NCBI GenBank assembly: GCA_965368975.1
Contig: CBDUPA010000005.1
Span: 64,001 to 128,000 of the forward strand
DNA: 64,000 nt
Reading direction: 5' to 3'
From: an uncultured bacterium
Lineage (GTDB): Bacteria > Acidobacteriota > Thermoanaerobaculia > Multivoradales > JAHZIX01
The notes under the pieces were generated by a model that did no database searches, was not told the DNA's origin, and saw nothing but the letters and a program-made list of their open reading frames with translations. This document shows, one piece after another, positions 29,711 through 39,963 of this stretch; within the stretch, counting starts at the first letter, position 1; each line of letters starts with the position of its first letter. The position numbers and the translations under genes are program-made.

Positions 29711-30745
29711 ATGAACGACCCGTCTATCAACTACCAAGCCATGAAGAGCCCGTCTCGCAACCACCAGCCGATGCCCTTTTGGGTCGTGGCGGTGTCATGT
29801 CTGCTGCTGTGGTCGCTGTTCTTACCCGGTGCGGCAGTCGCGGACGATCTGCAACGTGCGCGTGAGCTGATCGATGCCGGGGAACCCGAGGAGGCGTTGG
29901 AAGAGATCCTGAATCCCTGGATTCGCCGGCACTCGACGGACGCGCAGGCCCTGCTCCTGCGCAGCACGGCTCGCTTCATGGTCGATGATCCGATCCGTGG
30001 CAGGCAAGATCTGGATCTGGCGCTGGAACTCGATCCGAGCTTACGCCAAGGGTGGCTCAACCGGGCTGCCCTCTACCTCAGCGAAGGGCGTTACAGTTCA
30101 GCGTTGCAGGCGCTGCTGCAAGCGCGCGAGCTGGACCCGTCGGCGGCGGACAACGACCTCAACATCGGTGCCGTGCTCCTGCTCATGAACCGTCGCGAAG
30201 AAGCTCAGGCATCCCTGGGACGCTATTTGGTCGCCCATTCGGACAGTGCCGAGGCCGAGTACTTGGTGGCATCGAACTACGCCAGTGTAAGTTGGGCTGA
30301 GCCAGCTCTGCGCCACCTGAGTCGGGCGATCGAACTCGAAGAACGCAGCCGCCTACGCGCGCGTGCCGACGGCAATTTTACCCCCTTGGCGGGTGATTCT
30401 CGCTTCCAGCAGTTGCTGAGCCGGGACACCTACCGTCTGCCATCCGGAGCCCGCCAGGAGCGACGTACCTATCCGGTGGCCTACGATGCGCGGGAGGCTC
30501 GGCTACTCGGTGCTGTGCTCGATGCGGTGCGCGCGGCTGGCCTGAGCTTCGATCCACGCGTCGAGGTGACGTCCGAGTGGGCGCTCGTGTGGGGTGAGTT
30601 GCGCATCAAGGTCTCGGGCACGGGGGGTACTGGCGTTGTCGAAGTCAGCGCGCCGGCAGAATCTCTGACGGAAACTCAATGGCAGCAGCGCACGGCTCGC
30701 CTGTTCCAGGCGGTTGATGCTGAACTGGCCAAGCGCGGAGGATAA
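29711..30745 (+). CDS. Secreted TPR-repeat protein
   Basis: Signal peptide ending AVA; ALELDP-type TPR repeats. Confidence 0.75.
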   Translation: MNDPSINYQAMKSPSRNHQPMPFWVVAVSCLLLWSLFLPGAAVADDLQRARELIDAGEPEEALEEILNPWIRRHSTDAQALLLRSTARFMVDDPIRGRQDLDLALELDPSLRQGWLNRAALYLSEGRYSSALQALLQARELDPSAADNDLNIGAVLLLMNRREEAQASLGRYLVAHSDSAEAEYLVASNYASVSWAEPALRHLSRAIELEERSRLRARADGNFTPLAGDSRFQQLLSRDTYRLPSGARQERRTYPVAYDAREARLLGAVLDAVRAAGLSFDPRVEVTSEWALVWGELRIKVSGTGGTGVVEVSAPAESLTETQWQQRTARLFQAVDAELAKRGG

Positions 30746-30747
30746 GC

Positions 30748-32037
30748 ATGCGACACCGAAACACGATTCTGCACAGCAAGCTGGCCACGGCAGGCGGGCT
30801 GCTGCTGAGCCTGACTTTGACGGCGCTCCCCGTGTTGGCGCAGCGCGGTTGGGGTGGTCACGATCGGGGCTGGGTACGATACGAGCGGGAAGGCGGCTGC
30901 ATCGGCGGGGACCGCTGCGAGCGCAACGGCGAGCGCCTGCGGGTGCCGTTGTATGACGACACGGTCTACGGTGTGCGCTTCCATGCGCACGACGATGTCG
31001 GCAACCGCAGCCGCGGACACTTGAGAGTGTCGATCGATGCGCGGGTGATCGCCTACGACATCGATATCGCCAAGCGTGGTGAGGTCTATGAACTCGCCGT
31101 GCAGGGCATGCGCGGCAGATACCTGGAATTCGAGGCCTTGTACAACGATGAAGTTGTGGTGTCTGATATCGAAGTCTGGTACGGGCGCGGCTACCGGCCG
31201 CCGGGCGACCAGCCCGGTGGTGGCTACGGTGGCCCAGGCTATGACGATCACCCAGGGTATGGCAGTCCGGGCCATGGCAGCTCTGGGGGCGGCTATGACG
31301 ACTGGGATGACGCCTGGCGCCGGTATCAGCAGCAGGGTTGTATCGGTGGTGCCCGCTGCGACGAGCAGCAGAGTTTGCGCGTCTCGCTGGAGTCGGCACC
31401 GGTGACAGCGGTTCGCTTCGATGCCCACGATGATGTTGGCGATCGTAGCAACGGTTTCCTGCGCGTGCGCATCGATGATGCCATCCTCGAGTACCGTCTG
31501 GACATTGCCAAGCGTGGTGATACCTACGAGATCCCGGTGCGGGGCCTTCGCGGGCGGACGTTGATCTTCGAGACCGCCACCGACGATGAGGTCGTGGTGC
31601 GAGATATTGCTGTGCGCTATCAGACCGGGTACAGCTCGGGCTGGCATCCGGGCGGGCAACCGGGTGGCGGGCAGCGGCCTTCGAGCTATGGTAGTAGCCG
31701 AGGCTGGACGTCCTACGATCGCTACGGCGGCTGTTTCGGTGGTGCCCGCTGCGACGACCGTGGCGGACAGATCCGTGTGCCGCTAGAGGATCAACCGGTT
31801 CTGGAGGTCCGCTTCTACGCCCACGATGACGTCGGTGACAAGAGCCGTGGGCACCTGCGCGTCTCGATCGACGGCTGGACCCTGCTCGAAGATCTCGATG
31901 TGCCCAAGGAGGGCGATGTCTTCGTGCTCGACGCTGATGGCCTGCGTGGCCGGGCCCTGGTCTTCGAGACGGTGCGCGACGACGAGATCGTCGTCCAGCA
32001 CATCGAGGTGCGCTACGGCCGCCTGATCAGGCGCTAG
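30748..32037 (+). CDS. Secreted protein with three copies of a ~103-aa beta-rich domain
   Basis: Signal peptide ending VLA; three repeats with GCxGGxRC, VRFxAHDDVG, GxRGRxLxFE, DEVVV; Gly-rich linkers. Confidence 0.85.
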   Translation: MRHRNTILHSKLATAGGLLLSLTLTALPVLAQRGWGGHDRGWVRYEREGGCIGGDRCERNGERLRVPLYDDTVYGVRFHAHDDVGNRSRGHLRVSIDARVIAYDIDIAKRGEVYELAVQGMRGRYLEFEALYNDEVVVSDIEVWYGRGYRPPGDQPGGGYGGPGYDDHPGYGSPGHGSSGGGYDDWDDAWRRYQQQGCIGGARCDEQQSLRVSLESAPVTAVRFDAHDDVGDRSNGFLRVRIDDAILEYRLDIAKRGDTYEIPVRGLRGRTLIFETATDDEVVVRDIAVRYQTGYSSGWHPGGQPGGGQRPSSYGSSRGWTSYDRYGGCFGGARCDDRGGQIRVPLEDQPVLEVRFYAHDDVGDKSRGHLRVSIDGWTLLEDLDVPKEGDVFVLDADGLRGRALVFETVRDDEIVVQHIEVRYGRLIRR

Positions 32038-32068
32038 TCTAGGGGCCCCAGGCATGATCTGATTCTGG

Positions 32069-32094
32069 GGAGGGGCGGCCCCGCGTGGCCGCCC
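32069..32094 (+). repeat. REP-like palindrome, copy 1
   Basis: GGAG-GGGCGGCC-CCGCGT-GGCCGCCC between convergent genes; related copy near 42719. Confidence 0.55.
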
Positions 32095-32121
32095 TGCGGT
32101 GTAGCCGCATCCAACGTTTGG

Positions 32122-33327
32122 TCAGGACTCCCGGATCGCCGCTCCGACCTGGTCGCGCATATCGCGCGGGCAATACACGCGGAATTGCTCGATGCGGCCC
32201 AGGTGACGAATGAAGTGGCTGGCCTGGTGCATCGGTACCAGGCTGCCATCGCGCTTGCGCACCAGGACGCCACTCTCTTCTAGCTTGTGCGGGTTCTTCG
32301 ACGAGTTCGACACTAGCACGTTGCCGGCGCCGAAGCGCTGCTGCAGCGGTGGGAGCAAGGCGGCGACGCGGTCGCGTTCCTGCGGGCTCAGGTGCTCTTC
32401 TGTCTCGAAGGCGAGCGTGAAACGCTCACGGTGCGTCAGGGCGCGCGCGTGCAGACTCTCCGAGCGCCGCAATTCGGCGGTGACGGTGACGTCGTCTTCC
32501 TCCAGGAAGCGTTCGGGATCCGCGGGCCAGCGGCGGCCGGACTCGCGCAGCCACTCGTTGAGGTGCAACTCCAGAACCTTACCTGTGACGTTGAAGTAGA
32601 CCTGTGTGAACATGTAGTACCGGGCCATCACCAAGGCTTCGAGGGCGTGCACGCCTCCGACCTCGATGCCGATGTTCCAGCTGCCTTCCTGCGACGCATC
32701 GCCCTCCGTTGCGGGGGTTTCCAGCGGCAGCATGGTGTCGAGCAAGCGGTCGAGGTCGAAGTTGCCGTAGCGAACGCCGCAGAACAGCGAGTCCCGCATC
32801 AGGTAGTCCATCTTGTCGACGTCCAGCTCGCCCGAGATGACCTGCGCCAAGAGCCGTCGCGGTCCCTCGACCTGGCCGGCAAGCAAGTCGACGACCTCCT
32901 GTGCTTCGATACCGTCACCGTAGGTCTCGAAAGCCTCCTGGACCTGCGGCAGCAGCAGCAGCCTGCGGCTCATCTCCTCGTGGTCGATGCCACGCTCGAA
33001 CAGATCTTCGGCAGTGTGGCTGAATGGTGCGTGGCCGATGTCATGCAGCAGCGCGGCGGCACGCACGAGACGCCGCTGGCGGACATCCGGGCCGACCGGC
33101 AGTAGGCCGCCGCTCTGCGCCGCGAGTCGATCATAGACGCGTCCAGCCAAATGCATGGCGCCGAGTACGTGGCTGAAGCGGCTGTGCTCGGCGCCGGGGA
33201 AGATCAGGTAGGTGACGCCCAGCTGGCGCACGAAGCGCAGGCGCTGCATCGGGCGCGTGGTGATCAAGGCTTCTTCCAGCCGATCAGCGTGGATGAAGCC
33301 GTGGATGGGGTCACGAAAGGCGAGCAC
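32122..33327 (-). CDS. HD-domain phosphohydrolase (dNTP triphosphohydrolase/SAMHD1-like); start uncertain
   Basis: RDPIHG, QRLRFVRQLG, HSRFSH, LLHDIGHAPFSH, DVDKMDYL. Confidence 0.9.
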   Translation of the reverse strand: MLAFRDPIHGFIHADRLEEALITTRPMQRLRFVRQLGVTYLIFPGAEHSRFSHVLGAMHLAGRVYDRLAAQSGGLLPVGPDVRQRRLVRAAALLHDIGHAPFSHTAEDLFERGIDHEEMSRRLLLLPQVQEAFETYGDGIEAQEVVDLLAGQVEGPRRLLAQVISGELDVDKMDYLMRDSLFCGVRYGNFDLDRLLDTMLPLETPATEGDASQEGSWNIGIEVGGVHALEALVMARYYMFTQVYFNVTGKVLELHLNEWLRESGRRWPADPERFLEEDDVTVTAELRRSESLHARALTHRERFTLAFETEEHLSPQERDRVAALLPPLQQRFGAGNVLVSNSSKNPHKLEESGVLVRKRDGSLVPMHQASHFIRHLGRIEQFRVYCPRDMRDQVGAAIRES

Positions 33328-33359
33328 GGTGTTTCGAGCAGCGGCCGAGAAGGCCGCCG

Positions 33360-34058
33360 TCAGACGTCGCCGACTCGGCGCACCGAACGCAGCAGTTCCA
33401 TGAAGGCTGTGCGCTGCGCGGTCAGGGTCGTGTCTGGACCGGTGGCCTTGAAGAACCATGGGCCGCCCGGGCCTTCAACGACCGCGCCGAGTAGGCGTGA
33501 GTTGGGCTGGTCGGTGGTGGGGCCAGTGCCCATCGTGCTGGCCCTCAGCGTGCCGGCGACCTCGATCCAAGAGACGTTCAGATCTTGGCTGTCGAATTGT
33601 CCTCTCTCGGGCTCCGTGCCGGCGGCCACTTCCATCTGGCTGACCCAGCGTTGCAGGTTCGCCTCGACGCCGCCGCCGCCGCCTGGGCCGAAGTAGAAGA
33701 CGGTCAGCTCGGCGGCACCGGCCTCACCCGGGATGGTGGCCTGAGCCAGGCGCATGCGTGAACTCGGCTGCTGTTCCTGCCAGCTCTCCGGCAGCGTCCA
33801 GCTGATGCCGGCACCGGCAGCTGAGGGCGCTGGGGTACCCGGAGCCGCGTTGACCGGTGTGCCCTGTGACGTACGCGGCACCAGCGCCGAGCCGGGAGCG
33901 GAGCTGTCAGAGCCCTGGGCGGTGGTGTCCTCAGTAGCGCCGTCTCCGGAAGCCGCGAGGGGCGAAGGATCGTCGTCATGCACCTGCGCGTCTCGCGCGT
34001 TGCCGCAGGCGGCGAGCAGGAGCAATAGCAGGGCAGCCAGGGTAGCGGAAAGTCTCAT
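33360..34058 (-). CDS. Lipoprotein of unknown function
   Basis: LLAAC lipobox; WTLPESW, MRLAQ, GGGGGVEANLQRW, WFFKATGP. Confidence 0.8.
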   Translation of the reverse strand: MRLSATLAALLLLLLAACGNARDAQVHDDDPSPLAASGDGATEDTTAQGSDSSAPGSALVPRTSQGTPVNAAPGTPAPSAAGAGISWTLPESWQEQQPSSRMRLAQATIPGEAGAAELTVFYFGPGGGGGVEANLQRWVSQMEVAAGTEPERGQFDSQDLNVSWIEVAGTLRASTMGTGPTTDQPNSRLLGAVVEGPGGPWFFKATGPDTTLTAQRTAFMELLRSVRRVGDV

Positions 34059-34356
34059 CGGAGGAACTCCTTTTGTCGAAGATCTTGCGAGCGCTACTTG
34101 CGAACTCGGGGGGCGCCGACGTAGCTGATCGTGGGGTGGTTGGCAGCGAGCCCGACCGGGCTCGTCCCAGCGTGGTGGCACGACTATAGAGCATCCCACG
34201 AGAGGACTCTACCTCCCAGCGTGCGGGTCTCGACCGGTGAGTTCGGCGTTGCCGTCGGTAGTCTGGGTGGCTTCGAGGCCTTGGCCACACACCCGCAGGT
34301 GCGATACCGTACGACGCCGCGCCGGTCCTGGATCTCAGATCCAGTACAATGCGCAT

Positions 34357-34456
34357 GGAAGCGCTCGGGGGCTGGTGCCTCCCGCGGTCTTCAAAACCGT
34401 TGTTCCGCGTCGGATGCGGCGTGGAGGGTGGGTTCGATTCCCATGCGCTTCCGCCA
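34357..34456 (+). tRNA. selC: tRNA-Sec (anticodon UCA)
   Basis: 8-bp acceptor GGAAGCGC/GCGCTTCC, 6-bp D stem with TGGT loop, CTTCAAA anticodon loop, long variable arm, TTCGATT T-loop, encoded CCA; TACAAT -10 at 34345-34350. Confidence 0.95.
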
Positions 34457-34512
34457 ATCGTTCCGGAGTTCCGTGCCGTTCTGGTGCTCACCGTCCAATC
34501 TCGGAGCAGCCC

Positions 34513-35631
34513 GTGTCCAGGAAACCGCCAAGACATCACGCCGCCGGTGCACCGTCCACGGATGGCGCTGCATCCTTGGGCGAGCGCGACGTGGCGATTC
34601 TCAAGGATGTCATTGTCACCCACATGCTGAGTGCCGAGCCGGTCAGCTCGCGCACGGTGTGCAAGTACGGACAGCTCGGCCTGTCGGCGGCGACCATCCG
34701 CAACGTCATGGCCGATCTTGAGGAACAGGGCTTCCTGGTACAGCCACACACCTCTGCTGGTCGCATTCCGACGCCACGGGCCTATCACTTGTTCATCGAT
34801 GAATTGATGAGCGCGAAGACTCTGAGCGACGACGAGCGTCAGTACATCCGCCAGAGCCTCGACGGCGCGCGCGACGATTCCGAAGGCTTGATGAGCGTGG
34901 CCTCGCATCTGCTGTCCGAGCTGTCGCAGCAAGTCGGCGTTGTGCTGACGCCCGCCCTCGCCGAGACGACGCTGCGGCGCGTCGAGTTCGTACCGCTGTC
35001 CGATGACCGCTCCGGCCACAAAGTGCTGTGCGTGGTGGTGTCCGAGAGCGGCTTCGTCGACACCAAGCTGGTCGAGACCCACGATCCGGTGGCGCGTGAA
35101 GACCTGATTCGCATCTCCAACTACCTGACCGAGAACTTCACCGGGATGACCCTGCGCGAGATCCGTCAGCGCCTCGTCGGCCTGATGGCGCAGGAGCGAG
35201 CCCACCTCGACCGCCTGATGGCGCTGACCATTGAGGTGGCCCGGAAAGGTCTCGACATGGGGCGGTTGCAGGACGTGCTGGTGGAGGGCACCAACGAAGT
35301 TCTCAACTTGCCCGAGCTGGCTGACCTGGAACGGGTGCGCAAAGTGCTCGAAGCCTTCTCCGACAAGGCCCGCCTCGTCTACTTGCTCACCGAATGCATG
35401 CGTGGCAAGGGCGTACGCGTGCTGATCGGTGAAGACAGCGATCTGACGTCGGAGCTGGGCTTCAGCCTGGTCGCCAACACCTATAGCGTCGATGACCTCC
35501 CCCTGGGGACCCTGGGCGTGTTCGGTCCGTCGCGCATGGAGTATCCACGGCTGATTCCACTGGTAGACTACCTGGGACGAACTCTCAGCCGTGCCTTGTC
35601 CGAGTGCCTGTCGGAGCGCCGCTCCGCCTAG
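34513..35631 (+). CDS. hrcA: Heat-inducible transcription repressor
   Basis: EPVSSR, SAATIRNVMADLE, QPHTSAGRIPT, GPSRMEY; GTG start with GGAG upstream. Confidence 0.94.
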   Translation: MSRKPPRHHAAGAPSTDGAASLGERDVAILKDVIVTHMLSAEPVSSRTVCKYGQLGLSAATIRNVMADLEEQGFLVQPHTSAGRIPTPRAYHLFIDELMSAKTLSDDERQYIRQSLDGARDDSEGLMSVASHLLSELSQQVGVVLTPALAETTLRRVEFVPLSDDRSGHKVLCVVVSESGFVDTKLVETHDPVAREDLIRISNYLTENFTGMTLREIRQRLVGLMAQERAHLDRLMALTIEVARKGLDMGRLQDVLVEGTNEVLNLPELADLERVRKVLEAFSDKARLVYLLTECMRGKGVRVLIGEDSDLTSELGFSLVANTYSVDDLPLGTLGVFGPSRMEYPRLIPLVDYLGRTLSRALSECLSERRSA

Positions 35632-35679
35632 CCGAAACTCAACCTGATAGACGACTCATTGGAAACGAACTCTGAACCC

Positions 35680-36429
35680 ATGGCAAGAAAGAAAAAGAAT
35701 CAAGCGGTAGAGGCAGAGCTGCAAGAAGGAGCTCAGCCGGAAGACGACCGTGTAGAGATCGAGGTTCTCGACGAGGATGAGGCTGCGGTGCTCGCGGAGG
35801 ACTTCGAAGAAGAGGTCGACGATAGCAGCGAGGAAGAAGCCGAAGAAGCAGACGTGGACGACGACGTCTACGATCTGGACGAAGATCCCGATGAAGAGGA
35901 GGATCCCGAGAACGGCATTGCGGCCGATGCCGAGAAGGTACACCGCGATCTGGCGCAGATGCGTGACAATTACATGCGCACGCTGGCCGACTTCGACAAC
36001 TTCCGCAAGCGCTCCGAGCGCGAGATGCGCGAGCACAAGCGCTACGCGCTGACCGAGCCGATGCGCGAGATCTTGCAGGTCGTGGACAATCTGGAACGTG
36101 CCCTGGACGCCGCCAAAGTGGGCACCAATGCCGACGACCTGAAGGTGGGTGTCGAGATGACCCTGCGCCAGATGCAGGAAGTGCTGCGCCGCTTCGGTGT
36201 CGTACCGGTGCACGCCATCGGCGAACGTTTCGACCCGACGGTGCACGAAGCGATCTCGCGGGAAGAAGATGCACAGGTCCAGCATCCGACGGTGCGTCAC
36301 GAGATGCAGCGCGGCTACAAGCTGCACGAGCGACTGCTGCGGCCGTCGCTGGTCGCGGTCGCGGTGCCGGGTGCCGCTCCGGCGAAGGATGGCGACGGCG
36401 CTGCAGAAGACGATGGTACCGACGCCTGA
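35680..36429 (+). CDS. grpE: Nucleotide exchange factor GrpE with long acidic N-terminus
   Basis: ADFDNFRKR, DNLERAL, FDPTVHEA, GYKLHERLLRP. Confidence 0.95.
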   Translation: MARKKKNQAVEAELQEGAQPEDDRVEIEVLDEDEAAVLAEDFEEEVDDSSEEEAEEADVDDDVYDLDEDPDEEEDPENGIAADAEKVHRDLAQMRDNYMRTLADFDNFRKRSEREMREHKRYALTEPMREILQVVDNLERALDAAKVGTNADDLKVGVEMTLRQMQEVLRRFGVVPVHAIGERFDPTVHEAISREEDAQVQHPTVRHEMQRGYKLHERLLRPSLVAVAVPGAAPAKDGDGAAEDDGTDA

Positions 36430-36478
36430 GGACTGACGCTGGGTAAATCGACTCTGGGCAACTAGACGGGAAACGACG

Positions 36479-38296
36479 TTGAGCAAGATTTTAGGCATCG
36501 ATCTGGGGACGACCAACAGCTGCGTGGCGGTGTTTGAAGGCACTGATCCCGAGGTGTTGGCGAACTCGGAAGGGAGTCGCACGACGCCCTCGATCGTTGC
36601 CTTCACCGACGACGACGAACGTCTCGTCGGGCAGATCGCCAAGCGGCAGGCGATCACCAACCCGGAGGCCACAATCTTCGCCGTCAAGCGCCTGATCGGG
36701 CGCAAGTTCGACAGCGAGGAAACCAAGCGGGCCAAGAAGGTTCTGCCGTATGGCCTGGCCAAGTCCGGCAACGGCGACATCAACGTCACGATCCACGACA
36801 AGGAGCACAGTCCACAGGAGATCTCCGCCTTCATCTTGCAGGAGCTGCGCAGCTACGCCCAGGAGAGCCTGGGCGAAGACGTCGACCAGGCGGTGATCAC
36901 AGTCCCGGCTTACTTCGACGACTCGCAGCGCCAGGCGACCAAAGACGCTGGTGAGATCGCCGGTCTCGACGTTCTGCGGATCGTCAACGAGCCGACCGCC
37001 GCGGCGCTGGCCTACGGCCTCAACAAGAAGGACGAGGCGAACGTCAAGGTCGTCGTCTACGATCTCGGCGGCGGTACCTTCGACGTCACGGTACTGGAGC
37101 TGCAGAAGGGGGTTTTCGAGGTCAAGTCGACTTCCGGTGACACCTTCCTCGGTGGTGAAGATTTCGATCAGGCGATCATGGAGTGGTTGATCCGCGAGTT
37201 CCAGGACGAGACGCAGATCGACCTGCACGAGGATCGCATGGCGCTGCAGCGCCTGAAAGAGGCCGCGGAAAGGGCCAAGTGCGATCTGTCCACCGAGACC
37301 GAGGTCGATATCAACCTACCGTTCATTGCCGCGGATGCCCAGGGGCCGCGCCATTTGGCGCGCAAGCTCGATCGCGACACCTTCGAGAAACTGGTCAAGG
37401 AACTGGTGGATCGCACCGAGGGACCGTGCAGTGATGCCCTGGAAGAAGCTGGTTTCAGTGCCGACGACATTGACGAGGTCCTGCTGGTTGGCGGCCAGAC
37501 GCGCTCACCGATCATTCAGCGCAAGGTCGAGGAGATCTTCGGCCGCGCTCCCAACCGCGAGATCAATCCAGACGAAGTGGTGGCCATGGGTGCCGCCGTG
37601 CAAGCCGGTATTCTGGATGGTCAGATCGAAGACATGGTGCTGCTCGATGTCACGCCACTGTCGCTCGGCATCGAGACCCGCGGCGGCATGTTCGTCAAGC
37701 TGATCGAGCGCAACTCGACGATTCCCACCAAGAACGGCCTCACCTTCACCACCGTGGTCGACAACCAGGACACGGTGGAGATCCACGTCATGCAGGGCGA
37801 GCGCGAGGTGGCGATAGAAAACAAGAGCCTCGGCCGCTTCAAGCTGGTGGGCCTGCCGCCGTCGCCGCGCGGTGTGCCGCAGGTCGAGGTCAACTTCGCG
37901 ATCGACTCCAACGGCATCGTCAACGTCGCCGCGCGCGACATGGCAACCAACAATTCACAGAGCATCGAGATCAATCCTTCCAGTGGTCTCTCCGGGGAAG
38001 AGATCGAGCGCCTGGTCCAGGAAGCCGAGCAGGCCGAAGCCGAGGACGCCAAGCGGCGCGAGCTGAGCCAGCTCAAGAACCGCTTGGAAGGTCTGGTCTA
38101 CGCCAACGACAAGGTCTTCGACCAGGTGCGCGGCAACCTCAAAGAAAAAGAGCAGAAGGAATTGAACGAAGAACTCTTGAAGGCCCGCATGGCGATCCAG
38201 GAAGAAGAAGACCCGTCCGAGGTCGAAGCCTTGATCTACGACATGACCGGCGTGTCGCAGAAGCTCGCCGAACTCATGCTCGGCAACAAGCACTGA
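36479..38296 (+). CDS. dnaK: Hsp70 chaperone
   Basis: [38 protein letters not shown]. Confidence 0.96.
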   Translation: MSKILGIDLGTTNSCVAVFEGTDPEVLANSEGSRTTPSIVAFTDDDERLVGQIAKRQAITNPEATIFAVKRLIGRKFDSEETKRAKKVLPYGLAKSGNGDINVTIHDKEHSPQEISAFILQELRSYAQESLGEDVDQAVITVPAYFDDSQRQATKDAGEIAGLDVLRIVNEPTAAALAYGLNKKDEANVKVVVYDLGGGTFDVTVLELQKGVFEVKSTSGDTFLGGEDFDQAIMEWLIREFQDETQIDLHEDRMALQRLKEAAERAKCDLSTETEVDINLPFIAADAQGPRHLARKLDRDTFEKLVKELVDRTEGPCSDALEEAGFSADDIDEVLLVGGQTRSPIIQRKVEEIFGRAPNREINPDEVVAMGAAVQAGILDGQIEDMVLLDVTPLSLGIETRGGMFVKLIERNSTIPTKNGLTFTTVVDNQDTVEIHVMQGEREVAIENKSLGRFKLVGLPPSPRGVPQVEVNFAIDSNGIVNVAARDMATNNSQSIEINPSSGLSGEEIERLVQEAEQAEAEDAKRRELSQLKNRLEGLVYANDKVFDQVRGNLKEKEQKELNEELLKARMAIQEEEDPSEVEALIYDMTGVSQKLAELMLGNKH

Positions 38297-38398
38297 TCCT
38301 CGCCGCCAGCCACGGTGCGGACGAGTTTGTCTCGCCCCCCGGTCTCCTGACTTTCCTACCTCAACCTCCAGCCGCAGAACGGAGTGGTTTCCAACAAG

Positions 38399-39508
38399 AT
38401 GGCAAAGCGTGACTACTACGAAGTCCTGGGCGTCGCCCGGGACGCCGATAGCAATAGCATCAAGAAGGCGTACCGCAAACTGGCGATGAAACATCACCCG
38501 GACAAGAATCCGGGAGACCAGGAAGCCGAGGCACTGTTCAAGGAGGCCGCCGAGGCCTACGCGGTACTGTCTGACACCGAGAAGCGCGGTCGCTACGATC
38601 GCTTTGGGCACCAGGGCGTCGAGGGCGGCGCCAGTGGTTTCGATCCCAGTATCTTCGCCGACTTTTCAGACATCCTCGGCGACATCTTCGGTTTCGGCGA
38701 CGTCTTCGGCCGCCGTGGCCGCGGTGGCGTGGCGCGGGGCGCCGACCTGCGCTACGATTTGTCGCTGAGCTTCGAAGACGCCGCCTTTGGCACCAACACC
38801 ACCCTGCGCATTCCGCGCCTCGAGCGTTGTGAAACCTGCGATGGCAGCGGGGCCAAGCCAGGCACCCACCCGATCCCGTGCTCGGCTTGTGGTGGTGCTG
38901 GTCAAGTACGTTTCAGTCAAGGCTTCTTCAGCGTCACCCGCGCCTGCCCGCAGTGTGGCGGCCGCGGTCAAGTGATCGAAGACGTGTGCAGGACCTGTCA
39001 CGGTGACGGCTTGAAGGAGCGCCAGCGTGAACTGGAAGTGCGCATTCCCGCCGGTGTCGATACCGGTGCCCGCCTGCGTCTCAGCGGTGAAGGTGAGCAT
39101 GCCGCACAAGGTGGCGTGCCGGGGGACCTCTACGTGGTCATCCAGGTCGAACCGCACAAGACCTTCCAGCGCCAGAACTCCGACGTCATCGCCGAGGTCG
39201 GTATCAGCTATGCGCAGGCAGTGCTTGGCACCAGCCTCGAGATCGACACCCTGCACGGCAAAGAAAAGCTCGACATTCCGCCCGGCACGCCCTACGGCAA
39301 GATCTTCAAGCTCCGCGGCAAGGGCATTCCGCGTCTCAACGGCAGTGGCAAGGGCGATCACGTGGTGCAGATCTGGATCGACGTTCCATCGCCCAAGCAC
39401 CTGGACAAGGACAGTCTCGAACTACTGCACCAGCTGGCCGAAGTTGAAGGTTCCGAGGTCAAGCACGGACGCGGGATCGTCGATCGAGTGAAGGATCTGC
39501 TGCACTAG
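38399..39508 (+). CDS. dnaJ: Chaperone DnaJ
   Basis: J-domain HPD, G/F region, four CxxCxGxG repeats. Confidence 0.96.
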   Translation: MAKRDYYEVLGVARDADSNSIKKAYRKLAMKHHPDKNPGDQEAEALFKEAAEAYAVLSDTEKRGRYDRFGHQGVEGGASGFDPSIFADFSDILGDIFGFGDVFGRRGRGGVARGADLRYDLSLSFEDAAFGTNTTLRIPRLERCETCDGSGAKPGTHPIPCSACGGAGQVRFSQGFFSVTRACPQCGGRGQVIEDVCRTCHGDGLKERQRELEVRIPAGVDTGARLRLSGEGEHAAQGGVPGDLYVVIQVEPHKTFQRQNSDVIAEVGISYAQAVLGTSLEIDTLHGKEKLDIPPGTPYGKIFKLRGKGIPRLNGSGKGDHVVQIWIDVPSPKHLDKDSLELLHQLAEVEGSEVKHGRGIVDRVKDLLH

Positions 39509-39513
39509 CCTTG

Positions 39514-39963
39514 ATGAATTCCTATGACAAAGCGTCGGACTTGCTCGCGCGTCGCTCGCACTTTCGGGCCGAGCTGGCCAACAAGCTGCGCCAGCGGGGT
39601 TACGGTGAAGACGAGATCGAGTCGGCGCTCGATCGCCTGACCGAGCACGGTTATCTCGACGACGAACGTACCGCTCGCGAGTTCGCGCGCAGCAGGCTGG
39701 CTCGCGGTCCGATCGGTCGTCGGCGGTTGCGTGCCGAGTTGCAGCGCCGTGGCGTGCCGGATGCGGCGGTCGAGGCCGGACTGGAAGAACTGCCCGACGA
39801 CGAGGCGGCGGCCGTGCGAGAAGCCGCAGAGCGTTATTTGACCCGCAGCGGCAAGCGCAATCGCGCCGCGCTGGGGCGTCATCTGGAGCGCAAGGGCTTT
39901 GCACGCCATGCTATCTTTGCCATCCTGGACCAGTTTGCCGACGAAATCGAGAGCCCATCATGA
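39514..39963 (+). CDS. recX: Regulatory protein RecX
   Basis: LLARR..ELANKL, GYLDD..AREF, G..RLRAELQRRGV, LERKGF; precedes alaS. Confidence 0.85.
   Translation: MNSYDKASDLLARRSHFRAELANKLRQRGYGEDEIESALDRLTEHGYLDDERTAREFARSRLARGPIGRRRLRAELQRRGVPDAAVEAGLEELPDDEAAAVREAAERYLTRSGKRNRAALGRHLERKGFARHAIFAILDQFADEIESPS

Noticed and set aside
32122-33327. HD dNTPase as an anti-phage nucleotide-depletion system
   Set aside because: Host-like composition and housekeeping context with no defence neighbours.
34470-34512. TGCTC...GAGCA inverted repeat before hrcA as a CIRCE element
   Set aside because: Half-sites and spacing do not match TTAGCACTC-N9-GAGTGCTAA.
33976-35205. 409-aa minus-strand ORF, and the N-terminal extension of hrcA from 34237
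   Set aside because: Both overlap tRNA-Sec; the ORF is the antisense shadow of hrcA.
35760-35910. Long Asp/Glu tract in GrpE
   Set aside because: Acidic disordered GrpE N-termini are common.
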